Source of the DNA: TPA_inf: Saccharomyces
Lineage: Eukaryota
Length of the DNA: 64,000 nucleotides
Direction: 5' to 3'
Assembly: GCA_000146045.2 (NCBI GenBank)
Contig: BK006936.2
Location: 704,001 to 768,000 of the forward strand
Made by a program: the position numbers and the translations under genes
Shown here: positions 34,582-45,593 of the stretch, in pieces
How the letters are laid out: each line of letters begins with the position of its first letter
How positions within the stretch are numbered: position 1 is the first letter of the stretch
Notes under the pieces: model-generated
What the model was told of the DNA's origin: nothing
Database searches by the model: none
What the model saw: the letters and a program-made list of their open reading frames with translations, nothing else

Positions 34582-35544
34582 ATGAAGTTTACGTTAGAAG
34601 ACCAAGTTGTGTTGATCACTGGTGGTTCACAAGGTCTTGGAAAGGAATTCGCCAAAAAATATTATAATGAGGCTGAAAACACAAAGATTATTATCGTCAG
34701 TAGGTCAGAGGCTAGACTGCTGGACACATGCAACGAAATTAGGATTGAAGCTCACCTGAGAAGGGAAACCACTGACGAGGGCCAAGTGCAACATAAGTTG
34801 GCTGCGCCCTTGGACCTTGAGCAACGGTTATTTTACTACCCATGCGACTTGTCCTGCTACGAATCCGTGGAATGTTTGTTCAATGCCCTGAGAGACTTGG
34901 ATTTACTCCCTACACAAACGTTATGCTGTGCAGGGGGGGCTGTTCCTAAGTTATTTCGTGGGCTAAGCGGACATGAGTTGAACTTGGGTATGGACATCAA
35001 CTATAAAACAACTTTGAACGTGGCACATCAGATTGCCCTTGCAGAGCAAACCAAGGAACACCACCTCATCATCTTTTCTAGTGCCACCGCGCTTTACCCA
35101 TTTGTGGGCTATTCCCAGTATGCGCCTGCAAAAGCTGCAATCAAATCACTGGTAGCAATCTTAAGACAAGAACTGACGAACTTCCGTATCAGTTGTGTTT
35201 ATCCTGGTAATTTTGAAAGCGAAGGTTTCACTGTAGAGCAGCTAACGAAACCCGAAATTACAAAGTTGATCGAAGGCCCCTCAGACGCTATCCCATGCAA
35301 ACAAGCATGTGATATCATTGCCAAGTCGCTGGCCAGAGGTGATGATGACGTTTTTACAGATTTTGTCGGATGGATGATAATGGGGATGGACCTTGGGCTC
35401 ACCGCAAAGAAAAGCCGCTTTGTTCCGTTGCAATGGATTTTTGGTGTCCTATCAAACATTCTGGTCGTGCCATTCTACATGGTTGGCTGTTCCTGGTATA
35501 TCAGGAAATGGTTTCGTGAAAATGACGGCAAGAAGGCCAACTGA
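34582..35544 (+). CDS. TSC10: 3-ketodihydrosphingosine reductase, short-chain dehydrogenase/reductase family, 320 aa
   Basis: SDR Rossmann motif TGGSQGLG and the catalytic YxxxK (YAPAKAA), plus C-terminal membrane segments. 320 aa as YBR265W. Confidence 0.85.
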   Translation: MKFTLEDQVVLITGGSQGLGKEFAKKYYNEAENTKIIIVSRSEARLLDTCNEIRIEAHLRRETTDEGQVQHKLAAPLDLEQRLFYYPCDLSCYESVECLFNALRDLDLLPTQTLCCAGGAVPKLFRGLSGHELNLGMDINYKTTLNVAHQIALAEQTKEHHLIIFSSATALYPFVGYSQYAPAKAAIKSLVAILRQELTNFRISCVYPGNFESEGFTVEQLTKPEITKLIEGPSDAIPCKQACDIIAKSLARGDDDVFTDFVGWMIMGMDLGLTAKKSRFVPLQWIFGVLSNILVVPFYMVGCSWYIRKWFRENDGKKAN

Positions 35545-35840
35545 GAGCACATCCACTCTCATTCCCGATATTCCCCGTGACTCTCTTTATTTCTTTCAAG
35601 ACAAACCCTAGTGGTGTAGCTATTTGTACATGTATAAGTATATACGAAATATTAATTATAACATTATTACCACGGCGATATTTTCCTATTTTTATTCTCT
35701 TTTCTTACTATATTTTGAAAGTTTTTCTTATGGGTACCGATGCGATGAGGTGAAAAAAATTTTCCTCTTTCCACTTTTAGTACAGGTTATGAGATGCTTC
35801 TCATTAGAAGTCAAGAAGAGAGCATATCAGTAACAATACG

Positions 35841-37022
35841 ATGAGTAGCAGTGGTGTTTATACGTGTAATTCATGTGTCCTGACCTTTGATTCAAGCGAC
35901 GAGCAGCGGGCCCACATGAAGTCCGATTGGCATCGCTACAATTTGAAAAGACGTGTTGCACAATTGCCACCAATATCATTTGAGACATTTGACTCCAAAG
36001 TGTCTGCAGCTGCTGCCAGTACTAGTAAGTCTGCTGAAAAGGAGAAACCTGTTACCAAAAAGGAGTTGAAAAGAAGGGAAAAGCAAGCATTGCTCGAAAA
36101 GAAAAAGAAACTGTTGGAAATTGCCAGGGCTAATATGCTTGAAAACATGCAAAAGAGCCAAGAGGGAAATACTCCCGACCTAAGCAAGCTCTCTTTGCAA
36201 GAAAATGAGGAGAACAAGGAAAAGGAAGAACCTAAGAAGGAGGAGCCTGAACAGTTGACCGAGGAAGAAATGGCGGAAAGAGTAATGCAAGAAAAGCTAC
36301 GCAACAGAGTCGATATTCCACTGGAACAATGTCTATTTTGTGAGCACAATAAGCACTTCAAAGATGTTGAAGAAAACCTGGAACACATGTTTAGGACCCA
36401 CGGGTTTTATATCCCAGAACAGAAATATCTAGTCGACAAGATCGGCTTGGTAAAATACATGTCGGAGAAGATTGGTCTTGGGAACATTTGTATTGTTTGT
36501 AATTACCAGGGGAGAACGTTGACCGCTGTAAGACAGCACATGTTGGCAAAGAGACACTGTAAAATTCCCTACGAAAGCGAGGATGAAAGGTTGGAGATAT
36601 CTGAATTCTACGATTTTACAAGCTCATACGCAAACTTTAATAGCAACACAACACCAGACAACGAAGATGACTGGGAAGACGTGGGCAGCGACGAAGCCGG
36701 AAGCGACGACGAAGATCTGCCACAAGAGTACTTATATAACGATGGTATAGAGCTGCATCTACCGACAGGCATCAAAGTTGGCCACAGGTCCTTGCAAAGA
36801 TACTACAAGCAAGACTTAAAGCCCGAGGTGATACTGACCGAAGGCCAAGGTACCCTGGTCGCTGCAGAGACGAGATCGTTCTTACCTGCCTTCGACAAAA
36901 AGGGCGTGCAGACTCAACAGCGTGTTTGGCAAACTGAGAGGTTCGACAAGAAAAGGCTCGATAAGAGAAGTGCCAAGTTCGTCAATAACCAACCACACTA
37001 CAGAGACCAACTTCTGCAGTAA
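35841..37022 (+). CDS. REI1: Cytoplasmic pre-60S ribosome maturation factor with C2H2 zinc fingers, 393 aa
   Basis: C2H2 fingers (CNSCVLTFDSSDEQRAHMKSDWHRYN; CLFCEH...HMFRTHGF). 393 aa as YBR267W. Confidence 0.85.
   Translation: MSSSGVYTCNSCVLTFDSSDEQRAHMKSDWHRYNLKRRVAQLPPISFETFDSKVSAAAASTSKSAEKEKPVTKKELKRREKQALLEKKKKLLEIARANMLENMQKSQEGNTPDLSKLSLQENEENKEKEEPKKEEPEQLTEEEMAERVMQEKLRNRVDIPLEQCLFCEHNKHFKDVEENLEHMFRTHGFYIPEQKYLVDKIGLVKYMSEKIGLGNICIVCNYQGRTLTAVRQHMLAKRHCKIPYESEDERLEISEFYDFTSSYANFNSNTTPDNEDDWEDVGSDEAGSDDEDLPQEYLYNDGIELHLPTGIKVGHRSLQRYYKQDLKPEVILTEGQGTLVAAETRSFLPAFDKKGVQTQQRVWQTERFDKKRLDKRSAKFVNNQPHYRDQLLQ
35936..36388 (-). CDS. Low-confidence 150-codon ORF lying entirely antisense inside REI1. 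Corresponds to the dubious ORF YBR266C/SLM6 and is probably not an independent protein.
   Basis: The ORF track shows 150 aa of Ser/Cys/Phe-rich, low-complexity sequence, antisense to a well-conserved gene. Confidence 0.15.
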   Translation of the reverse strand: MCSRFSSTSLKCLLCSQNRHCSSGISTLLRSFSCITLSAISSSVNCSGSSFLGSSFSLFSSFSCKESLLRSGVFPSWLFCMFSSILALAISNSFFFFSSNACFSLLFNSFLVTGFSFSADLLVLAAAADTLESNVSNDIGGNCATRLFKL

Positions 37023-37298
37023 TTCTTTTTGCACTACTTTTTTTAGTATTTTGTCGCATATATACTGCTTCACCATTTGTACATTAGATAATTCTTCACT
37101 ACCCCCTCTATAGCAATGTTATAGTCATTGAATCATGCTTTGAAATGCCTGTTCTAATATTCTCTTCATATAATAAATGCGTGATGCCGGGTATTTGTGC
37201 GCCCTTGTTTGGCGCAAAAATCTCGAAAGTGAAAAAACTAATAGGCTTCTTAAAGCAGTTATATCTACAGCAAAGGAAATAGCTGCTGAAGACTGAAG

Positions 37299-37616
37299 AT
37301 GTTGGCGCGCAGTTTGGGTTACAGGTTGATATCGACCAGTCGTATCTTATATAATAAACCCACGGTTAAGTCAGTGGTGTCGTCGTGTCCTGCGGGAACA
37401 TCGCTTAACTTAAACATATGGAAGAGCGGTAAAGACGCAGTGGCACTCGAGGACAAGGAGTATCCAAATTGGTTATGGAGCGTATTGGATAGTGATCACG
37501 TTGTCGAACATGCGGCTGAGGACCCAGAGGGACAGGCTCTCTTAAAGAGAAGAAAGAACATAAGGAAGGCGAACAGGCAGCGAATCAAGCAAAACAATTT
37601 CTTGAGCCAACTTTAA
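37299..37616 (+). CDS. MRPL37: Mitochondrial large-subunit ribosomal protein, 105 aa
   Basis: 105-aa basic ORF with a presequence-like N-terminus ([18 protein letters not shown]), at the position of YBR268W. Confidence 0.7.
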
Positions 37617-38159
37617 GCCTCCGTTAATAAGATCAAGTTTGGTATCCTTGTAAATAAATATGTGTGTACGTGGTTAAATAGTATGTTTTTAGCATAATGC
37701 CTTATTTTGTACCAACAAAAACATGATAGTTCCCACATATCTTTTCGCCTGGGGAATACCAAGTGGGACAAACAAAACGTTAAAAATTAAATCCTTTAGA
37801 GTACCACAAATTCGCAAGAAACAAGATAGTTGAATTGTCAATCATGGCTAAGATAAGTATGAATGTGCCCAGTGTAAAGATCAAAAACATGCCAAAGGTA
37901 AGGTTAAAAAGCACTAGAAAGACTGTCTCCACGAAAAACATGCGAAATAGGTTCAATTCATACTCGAAAAGAATTCGAAGGACGCTCACAAGAAAGAGAT
38001 TTTAGGCAAACATGAAACGTATGCATTTCATAACACACACATATATATATTATATATTCAAAATAAAGCATAACAACATACATATTGAAAAGTAAATTGA
38101 ACGTTACGCAGTTTCATCAAATAAGAATAGTATTATTAAAAATTGGCCGGACCAAATAT

Positions 38160-38576
38160 CTAGAAATCCGTTACTCTTCCGTTAAACGAATAATCGCCGT
38201 GTCTCAACGGGTCCTGCTTGGGACCCCCAACTTCACCAGTCTTGGGGTTAACATCACCTTCGAATTCAGGTATGGTCTTGGAAAATTCAGGCGAGAATGA
38301 CCCAATATCGTTTTTGGTTAAAAGCGGTGAATTCAAACTCTCCTTTGTACGATCGCCGGTGGCCTGCGCATTATACTGATCTATTGCCTCTTGCGATGTG
38401 GCAATCCTCTGAAGTCTTTCGAACTCTTCCTGCTCTTCTCTTGGCAGCTTGGGAGGGCCGGGGATCCTTTCAGTAGTTATTTTTCGGGTGGCCATATTAA
38501 ATGGTCGTCCACGTAGTAGATTTAAGGCTCCCGTGCGAGGATACCGATAACCTGTGCTTTTGATGGCGCACAACAT
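38160..38576 (-). CDS. SDH8: Succinate dehydrogenase assembly factor 4 (SDHAF4 family), mitochondrial, 138 aa
   Basis: 138-aa ORF with a conserved C-terminal DUF1674-like tail (DPLRHGDYSFNGRVTDF), at the position of YBR269C. Confidence 0.75.
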   Translation of the reverse strand: MLCAIKSTGYRYPRTGALNLLRGRPFNMATRKITTERIPGPPKLPREEQEEFERLQRIATSQEAIDQYNAQATGDRTKESLNSPLLTKNDIGSFSPEFSKTIPEFEGDVNPKTGEVGGPKQDPLRHGDYSFNGRVTDF

Positions 38577-38760
38577 TAGTTCTTCTTTTTATTATTTGGT
38601 TCTTTCTGACTCTTTAGCAAGTTAATATGATCTGCACTTTCCCCATTGGCCCCTTTATAGGGCGGAAAAGAGCATCTGTTTTTCCGGATTCTTGGAACAA
38701 GAAAAAGGAAATACACCTATCTATATGCCACTATTGTATATTACTAAATAAAATATTTAA

Positions 38761-40398
38761 TTATATACTCATGCGTATGCCCTCAAGAAGTTCACCAATA
38801 ATTCTTTGGTTTCTGCTGTTACCTTTTATGGTATTCAGGATCCCAAAACACTGCAGCAGCGTCAGTTTATCTTCCTCTGTGACGCCGTTCTGTTCTTCCT
38901 CGCTGAAAATATATCTTTGAAAACTCTTACTGGCACCGTCATTTGTATGTAGGAAGCTTTCGTAATACGGAAGAATGATGGAGTCTCTAAAACACTTTAA
39001 TAAAAGGACATCAATTGACGGTGCGTACCTTGAAGGTTCAGATAGATATCCGTCAAGCCAGTAGTTACTATTTTTTTGGAAGCTTTTCTCGAAGGGCAGT
39101 AACACTGCCATCATGTCGTAGTAAACCTGTTGGTAAAACACCTTCCAGATTATGCCGACTCTTTTCAAAGCCGTATTTACGGTATCCTCATTGGCATAAT
39201 TGAACACAATCTGGTTCTCTAAAATGTAAAGTGAAGTGGTAATGAATTCCTCGATTTCGGCCAAAAACCTTGAGTGCGTTACGGCAGCCTTGGTTTGTGT
39301 TTTCAAAGTGATATAAAATTCCAGCAGCCGGTCAATATCTTCTATTTTTGCTGGCAATTGCCATACCCTCTTGTTTTTAAATAGCTCCACAACTATGCTG
39401 CAGTATATACCCCAGATATTCCCCTCCAGAACAAATAACTCCTGTACGGTGAAGCTTTTATAGTTTGCTATCAAGGATGGCAAGTTTTTCAGTAAATCAT
39501 GTAGTAAAGAAACATTAGTCGCGTCGAAAGCATCATCTTGGATCAGCGATAGAGCTGTATCATTAGGGTTGTTGTTAATGCTAGGGTTAAAGGAATATAC
39601 AGATTTTCCAGAGTCAATAAGGCCTCCAGTAGAAGTATGGATAAACTGTACGGGTGACCTATGTTTACCATATGAAGAATGCAGAAATTTACTGAATGGG
39701 CTGGGAACTACGGGTTCAACGTCGTCTTTACCAATGGAATTATGCGGCTTGTAGGGTAAAAGCTTTTTTGCCATTTTGCTAAAGACATTACTGCCTTTGT
39801 TTGAATGAGAATGTCCTGTAGACAGTGAAGATTGTAAACTGTTCACACTCATATTAGATTTCGTATGAAACAATTTAGAGCCACTCCTACTTATGTTGTT
39901 ACTACTTGTGCCGGTAATAACAGTGCCGTAGTTTTTTGACCCGCTCCTGCTTCGATTTCTCATATTATCTTTTGAATTGGTGAAGATGGACAGTCGCCTT
40001 TTATTGCCCCTTGAGTTGGAAGAAAATAAACTATCATTAGACGTGGTGTTCCCCTCCATTCGGTTACTACTTGATGAACCTATTTCGGAGTGACCATCGT
40101 TATTCTCCGTGCCTTGGCTGTACTCCTCTTCAATCGAATCCGTCGAGCGCCTTGCATTGGAACCATCATGGAATATAGATTGAAACCCCACCTGTGACCA
40201 TCTAGGAGCGGCATCATGAGGAGATTTGGATGTTTTTAGATGCACATCTTCGTCGGGATGTGTCAGCGCTTGCGGTACTATATCAGAAGAAACACTATAA
40301 ACTCTAGCTGGTTTGCGATTAGTTGCTTTTATGTTCGGGTTCGTGACGCTCAGTGAGCCTGAGGTAGCACTTCTTTTACGATTTAGGTCTGTTGCCAT
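38761..40398 (-). CDS. BIT2: TORC2-associated subunit (Bit61 paralogue), 545 aa, Ser/Asn-rich N-terminal half
   Basis: 545-aa ORF at the position of YBR270C. Low-complexity N-terminus with a structured C-terminal half. Confidence 0.7.
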   Translation of the reverse strand: MATDLNRKRSATSGSLSVTNPNIKATNRKPARVYSVSSDIVPQALTHPDEDVHLKTSKSPHDAAPRWSQVGFQSIFHDGSNARRSTDSIEEEYSQGTENNDGHSEIGSSSSNRMEGNTTSNDSLFSSNSRGNKRRLSIFTNSKDNMRNRSRSGSKNYGTVITGTSSNNISRSGSKLFHTKSNMSVNSLQSSLSTGHSHSNKGSNVFSKMAKKLLPYKPHNSIGKDDVEPVVPSPFSKFLHSSYGKHRSPVQFIHTSTGGLIDSGKSVYSFNPSINNNPNDTALSLIQDDAFDATNVSLLHDLLKNLPSLIANYKSFTVQELFVLEGNIWGIYCSIVVELFKNKRVWQLPAKIEDIDRLLEFYITLKTQTKAAVTHSRFLAEIEEFITTSLYILENQIVFNYANEDTVNTALKRVGIIWKVFYQQVYYDMMAVLLPFEKSFQKNSNYWLDGYLSEPSRYAPSIDVLLLKCFRDSIILPYYESFLHTNDGASKSFQRYIFSEEEQNGVTEEDKLTLLQCFGILNTIKGNSRNQRIIGELLEGIRMSI

Positions 40399-40851
40399 TG
40401 CTTGACTCTGTAGTTTAAGACTCGCCTAGCCACTTATGCTTATTGTGGTTTGTATTTTTTATTTACTGTCTTCTATCTTTCTCCCTTTAATTTTGACCTT
40501 ATTTTAAAGCCCGCAAAGATCGCTGAAAAATTGCTAGTAAAGGTCGCATGCAAAATGGATAAAGTGCTCTTGTCAAATTATTTCAACACCTTCATTCGCA
40601 GTATAGTGGTATATTGGATTGGGTAAAGGAAAACAGGCGACACCAATATTGGTTTAAGCTAGTAGCGTATGCAGCTCTATCCAGGCATTAAAATTGGTTC
40701 ACCTATTTCTGATAGTAGTTTTTTTTTTTCCAATCGTAAATTTTTTCTTCAATTTCGCGATGAGCTACAAAATAATAGTAGTGCAATCTGTATATTACTT
40801 TTCAAGTATCTAACTCATGCAAGTTAGGAGTTCCATAGCGGATATTTCACT

Positions 40852-42111
40852 ATGTTTGATCCTCTCGATTTGTACACCCCTGATGACATCCAGGTTGAGG
40901 CTTTACAGTTCAATCTAGCAGAGAGAGAGCCAAAAGATCCTTGCTCACCGCAACGTGACGAAATATTAACGGCTGTAGATGAAGAAGAGAGTGACGACGA
41001 TGACACCATTATCGATAATCTGGATCTGCCCTCCGTGAAGTATGCTCCGCCAGAAGTTATCCTTTGTATACTAATACTTCTGAAGCCCGATAGACAAGTA
41101 AACTTCAATCAGGAGACAGGGAAGAACAAATCTGTACTGGAGGTTTGCAAGAGTCATGGGCTGGAACCCGATCTGCTGAAAAGACTTTTGACTTGGTATA
41201 CAGAAGAATGGCCTAACAAGAGGTTAAACTCGTTGGAAAAGATATGCAATAAAATCCCAATGCTGAGATTTACAGTATCCAAAGAACTACTGTTGGGCTA
41301 CTATACTAGTGTATTGAAAAAATACAATAATAGTTGCGGATTGAATGAGGAAATCATACAAGAACTTCTTAAGGAATTGAGCTCAAGGATATCCGAAAAC
41401 TGTGGGAGAACGGCCCAACCATCCATAGTAAGATATTTTGAATTAAGAAATCTAAGCACTTCCATACCGCTTCATGAACCCTCTTTAACGGCCGATAATC
41501 TTGGTTGGAAAACATGGGGATCATCTTTAATACTTTCACAATTAGTCGTAGATCACCTGGATTACCTACATACCACTAATGTGAACATGTTAGCGAACAG
41601 CGACATCAAACAGATTAAAGTATTAGAATTAGGAGCGGGCACTGGTTTAGTAGGACTTTCATGGGCCTTAAAATGGAAAGAACTTTATGGAACTGAAAAT
41701 ATAGAAATCTTCGTGACGGATTTACCCGAGATTGTGACGAATTTGAAGAAAAATGTGTCATTAAATAATTTAGGAGATTTCGTTCAAGCAGAGATATTAG
41801 ATTGGACTAATCCTCACGATTTTATAGATAAATTTGGACATGAAAATGAATTTGACGTCATATTGATCGCCGACCCGATATATTCGCCTCAGCATCCGGA
41901 ATGGGTAGTTAACATGATATCGAAGTTTTTGGCGGCATCAGGGACCTGTCACCTAGAAATACCTTTAAGGGCAAAATACGCCAAAGAACGAGAGGTTTTG
42001 AAATTATTACTAAAAGAGAGTGATTTAAAAGTAGTTGAAGAACGGCATTCAGAGGGTGTGGATGATTGGGGTGCCGTTAAGTATTTATATAGGCAAATCG
42101 TTCGCAATTAG
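40852..42111 (+). CDS. EFM2: S-adenosylmethionine-dependent lysine methyltransferase (elongation-factor methyltransferase, METTL21-like), 419 aa
   Basis: Class-I MTase motif I (VLELGAGTGLVGL) and a FAM86-like N-region. 419 aa as YBR271W. Confidence 0.8.
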   Translation: MFDPLDLYTPDDIQVEALQFNLAEREPKDPCSPQRDEILTAVDEEESDDDDTIIDNLDLPSVKYAPPEVILCILILLKPDRQVNFNQETGKNKSVLEVCKSHGLEPDLLKRLLTWYTEEWPNKRLNSLEKICNKIPMLRFTVSKELLLGYYTSVLKKYNNSCGLNEEIIQELLKELSSRISENCGRTAQPSIVRYFELRNLSTSIPLHEPSLTADNLGWKTWGSSLILSQLVVDHLDYLHTTNVNMLANSDIKQIKVLELGAGTGLVGLSWALKWKELYGTENIEIFVTDLPEIVTNLKKNVSLNNLGDFVQAEILDWTNPHDFIDKFGHENEFDVILIADPIYSPQHPEWVVNMISKFLAASGTCHLEIPLRAKYAKEREVLKLLLKESDLKVVEERHSEGVDDWGAVKYLYRQIVRN

Positions 42112-42360
42112 TGGGAAAGAAACGAACGCGCTTAGGCGAATAGTTTTTCTTTATAATAAAAATCATGCATGCTACATAGACATTGAAATGTGAATTATAA
42201 GTACTTGCCAGACCTTACATACTGATTTATACAATTTATGGAGAAGAAAACTGAATGGGCCACCTCGCCAAAAGGTTAGTTTTTGATTCAGACAGGAATC
42301 AATACTGGTAGTACATTAAACAATCAAGGCCGCCTTTATAGTTGCGCTTATGCAACATAA

Positions 42361-43803
42361 TCATCTGCAATCTGCAATCTTAGTTTCACTGCCTGTGGAA
42401 TAATTTTTTCCGTTAACTGCTTTGGAGTATTCTCGCAATAAAGGTTCATACCATACACTTAACTTTTCTTCACCTTTGTCCAGTAAATTTCTCAAGGCAG
42501 AATTCCTATAATGCACAGTCTCAAGATCTATAATAGCACCTGCGCTCCCATCACCTATCAAGCTGCCCATCACCTTTGGCATCTCATTGAGCAGAAATTT
42601 TGAAGTGTATTCGTATCTCGTCAAGGTTTCTACTACTTGCATTTGTTCTAAGTACGGTAGTCTTAAGACAATCTCAGCACTAAACTTGTTTCTTATAGCA
42701 TTGAAACATTCTTCATCTGCTGAAAGATTTCTCAACATTCCAATGCTGTAGCCACTGACGTGAAAATAGTTTTCGACCACATCTTTATGATATTTTACCA
42801 AGTACTGCGGATTAATTAATTCCAACCACTCGGTTATTAATTTTGCTTCGGACCCAATTTTTAAAGAATCTTTGTCCATAGTCTTGAATAAAGAATATTC
42901 ATCTTCCTCAATTCGTGACACCTCTGCGAATAACTGTAAAAGACAATTTGTAGAAAAGGCCCTGACATCAGGATAGTTCTCCGTGTCTTCAAAAAGTTGA
43001 GCAAATACTGGCAGTATTTTTTTTACATGTCTTAAAGCCCAGTATTTATCTTGATTTCGTATTTCCAGCAAAAACTTAGTATAATAATTAACCAATTCGA
43101 TGAAAACGAGGATATCTTCAACGGATTTCAGTATCTCTTCTTTAGTAAAGCAAAATATGATATCCTTGAACTCAGGACCGCTGATGAATTGAAACTCAAT
43201 AGTCAAGAAGTCAATTAATCTGACAAAAGAAACCGTTTCCATTCTACCCTTTACGCTCACCAGGTATGGCAAATTATTATCAAATAATCGACGCCTAATC
43301 AATTCATCTGTACTCAACCTTTCCAACGCTTTTTCGATTGCTGTAATGAGCTTATCATTCTCCACTTTCTCATCAAATAGAATATCCAATAGAATATCGA
43401 TGATATTACTGGTCGCGAATAAACCCTTTGGCTGCGAATTCTCAATGACTCTACATGCTGCTACTTTTAATGGATCTATTTCTGACCTAAGGGCCTTCAC
43501 TAAGTCCTCCGCGCTATAAACTTCTAGAACATCGTCAAAATCAGCCATGGGAACAAGCTTGTCCACAACGTCCAAAAGGTAATCGTAATTCAATGAATCA
43601 TAGGATACGTTAGACGTCAGAAAACGCTTGATCGTAGCCAGTAGTGGTTTAACATCCATATCTGGAAGGGAGACAACAGTCACAAGATTCAAAGAACATT
43701 TCCTTAATAGTGTGTTGATATCTTCAGGCAAGTTATCTTCATTAAGTTCATTTTCTAATTGCGTAAGGAGATTTTCCACGTAATTTGTTTCTTTCTCACT
43801 CAT
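42361..43803 (-). CDS. HSM3: Proteasome 19S base assembly chaperone (ARM/HEAT-like), 480 aa
   Basis: 480-aa helical-repeat ORF at the position of YBR272C. Confidence 0.7.
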   Translation of the reverse strand: MSEKETNYVENLLTQLENELNEDNLPEDINTLLRKCSLNLVTVVSLPDMDVKPLLATIKRFLTSNVSYDSLNYDYLLDVVDKLVPMADFDDVLEVYSAEDLVKALRSEIDPLKVAACRVIENSQPKGLFATSNIIDILLDILFDEKVENDKLITAIEKALERLSTDELIRRRLFDNNLPYLVSVKGRMETVSFVRLIDFLTIEFQFISGPEFKDIIFCFTKEEILKSVEDILVFIELVNYYTKFLLEIRNQDKYWALRHVKKILPVFAQLFEDTENYPDVRAFSTNCLLQLFAEVSRIEEDEYSLFKTMDKDSLKIGSEAKLITEWLELINPQYLVKYHKDVVENYFHVSGYSIGMLRNLSADEECFNAIRNKFSAEIVLRLPYLEQMQVVETLTRYEYTSKFLLNEMPKVMGSLIGDGSAGAIIDLETVHYRNSALRNLLDKGEEKLSVWYEPLLREYSKAVNGKNYSTGSETKIADCR

Positions 43804-44060
43804 TGCTCCTGTTTCGCTGAGTTCTTTTGCGGTGATTATAGTTGTAAACTTGTTTTATTTTTAATCCCGTAATTAAGGTGTTTATATAAACTTACTCTTC
43901 AATTTTTCTATATGCATTTGAAACAGAAAAAAAGATATAAAAATACCAGCTATAACAAAAATCCATGTAAATAAAATTACTGTATATTTTTTTATGTAAT
44001 CTAATCAAAAAAAATTCACGTCTAATACTAGTCATAAATGGAGTTGAAGCCATTAACTAC

Positions 44061-45371
44061 TTATTTTTTATCTTCGTCCTTTTTCTTTTCTAAATGGACA
44101 TTATTACCATTAAAGGTTGTTGGGTCTTCAGGATCTTCTTGATGATCGTTGTTAACAAATTGGAAAACATTTGGCGAGACAGAACGTGACGTAGTAAGGT
44201 TGGTTTCCGATGGGTACCTGGTTCCGCTAGGTGTCAGCATTGGTGATGCATGAGCAGATGATTGAACTGGTTCCCGAACATTGTTGTATTGGAAACAGCT
44301 TGACGAAGCAGCTCCAGATAAAGGTGTTGAAGACCTCACTTCGTGACGATTCGGCTTCGATGTTTCCTCACGTTGTGATGTTACTTCAGGATCTTTATCG
44401 TTGTGCCACCACGTAGAGAATCCCTTATAAAGACGGCCCAAAAGGCTTGGTCCCTCCATCCCAGTCACAGATAGCCCCGAGTTTTGAGTTTCTAGTGGTT
44501 TAAGTAATAATGCAGACCTTGGAGTTAGTTCTAGTGTCTCTAGCGTCTTCAATTCATCAGAATCCTTAAATGTCACTCTGGGAATGCCCCTGTGGAATGA
44601 GTACGGGCAGTCTCCATCTGTCCTGTTGACGTCCACCCATTTTCTAACGTCATTTAATGTTTCAGACGAGTTGAACTCATGTTTTAGAGTCTTGCCATCA
44701 GTCATCCTGATTTGCAAGACGCATTTGCTGCTGTGCAGTTTTTGTGCGTCTTTTATGTAATCATGAACATCCAATGGCTTATCATCATCAAGGGTTCTGT
44801 GATGAGTTTCATCAAGAGCTTTTCTTTCTGCACGGTCTGCCCTAACAAGTCTTATAATTCTTTCTCTTTCCTCCTCAGCCAGCTTTCTTTGTTTCAGTTG
44901 TTCACGACGTTGGATCTCTAAGGTAGTCTCAGCAATCCGTTCTCTTGCATTTTTCCTATGGACGTCTCTGGATGACTTTTCTTCTCTAGCCAAACCTGGA
45001 TTGGTTTCCCTGGACGAACTCTCACCAGCCTTTTTGTCTTTGATGCCTATGCACGCCAGCAACTTCTCCCAATGTCGGTCATCCTCGCCTTGAATAATCA
45101 ATTCTATCTTTCCAGCACGTATCAAGTATATACTGGGTACAACTACATTAGGAAATACTTGCTCAAATAACTGGAACTGCTCAGTGTCTTTGACCAACCT
45201 CAACCAAATACTATGTTCCGCTAAAGTATCTAATGAGACATCATCTCCTTTAAACCAACTTTTCAGCCACTGGTCATCCCGTGCAGTGTTGTAAACGGCC
45301 AGCACAACGCCTTCCTTGATGGAATCGTTTATTGCTTCTTCCACAGAATCTCTAAACAGTGCTTCTAACAT
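44061..45371 (-). CDS. UBX7: UBX-domain protein (Cdc48 cofactor), 436 aa
   Basis: Thioredoxin-like/UAS N-terminus, a coiled-coil basic stretch, and a UBX-like region (VLQIRMTDGKTLKHEF). 436 aa as YBR273C. Confidence 0.75.
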   Translation of the reverse strand: MLEALFRDSVEEAINDSIKEGVVLAVYNTARDDQWLKSWFKGDDVSLDTLAEHSIWLRLVKDTEQFQLFEQVFPNVVVPSIYLIRAGKIELIIQGEDDRHWEKLLACIGIKDKKAGESSSRETNPGLAREEKSSRDVHRKNARERIAETTLEIQRREQLKQRKLAEEERERIIRLVRADRAERKALDETHHRTLDDDKPLDVHDYIKDAQKLHSSKCVLQIRMTDGKTLKHEFNSSETLNDVRKWVDVNRTDGDCPYSFHRGIPRVTFKDSDELKTLETLELTPRSALLLKPLETQNSGLSVTGMEGPSLLGRLYKGFSTWWHNDKDPEVTSQREETSKPNRHEVRSSTPLSGAASSSCFQYNNVREPVQSSAHASPMLTPSGTRYPSETNLTTSRSVSPNVFQFVNNDHQEDPEDPTTFNGNNVHLEKKKDEDKK

Positions 45372-45593
45372 TTGGTTACGGCTGTTTGGTTTAGCTATCC
45401 TTGCTTCTTTGTAAGTGCTTTCAACCTCAACCCAGCTCCCTTTTAAATTTTCAACATTACTACGAGGCCTGCCGAAGTTAATAAAGAGCGGCTTTAAATG
45501 TCATTTTAATAATTGAATGGCAAATAAAAACAACTACAGCTTCAAACATAAGAGTATATCATAAGTTGCTGTATATGGGCAGCACGTATTACT

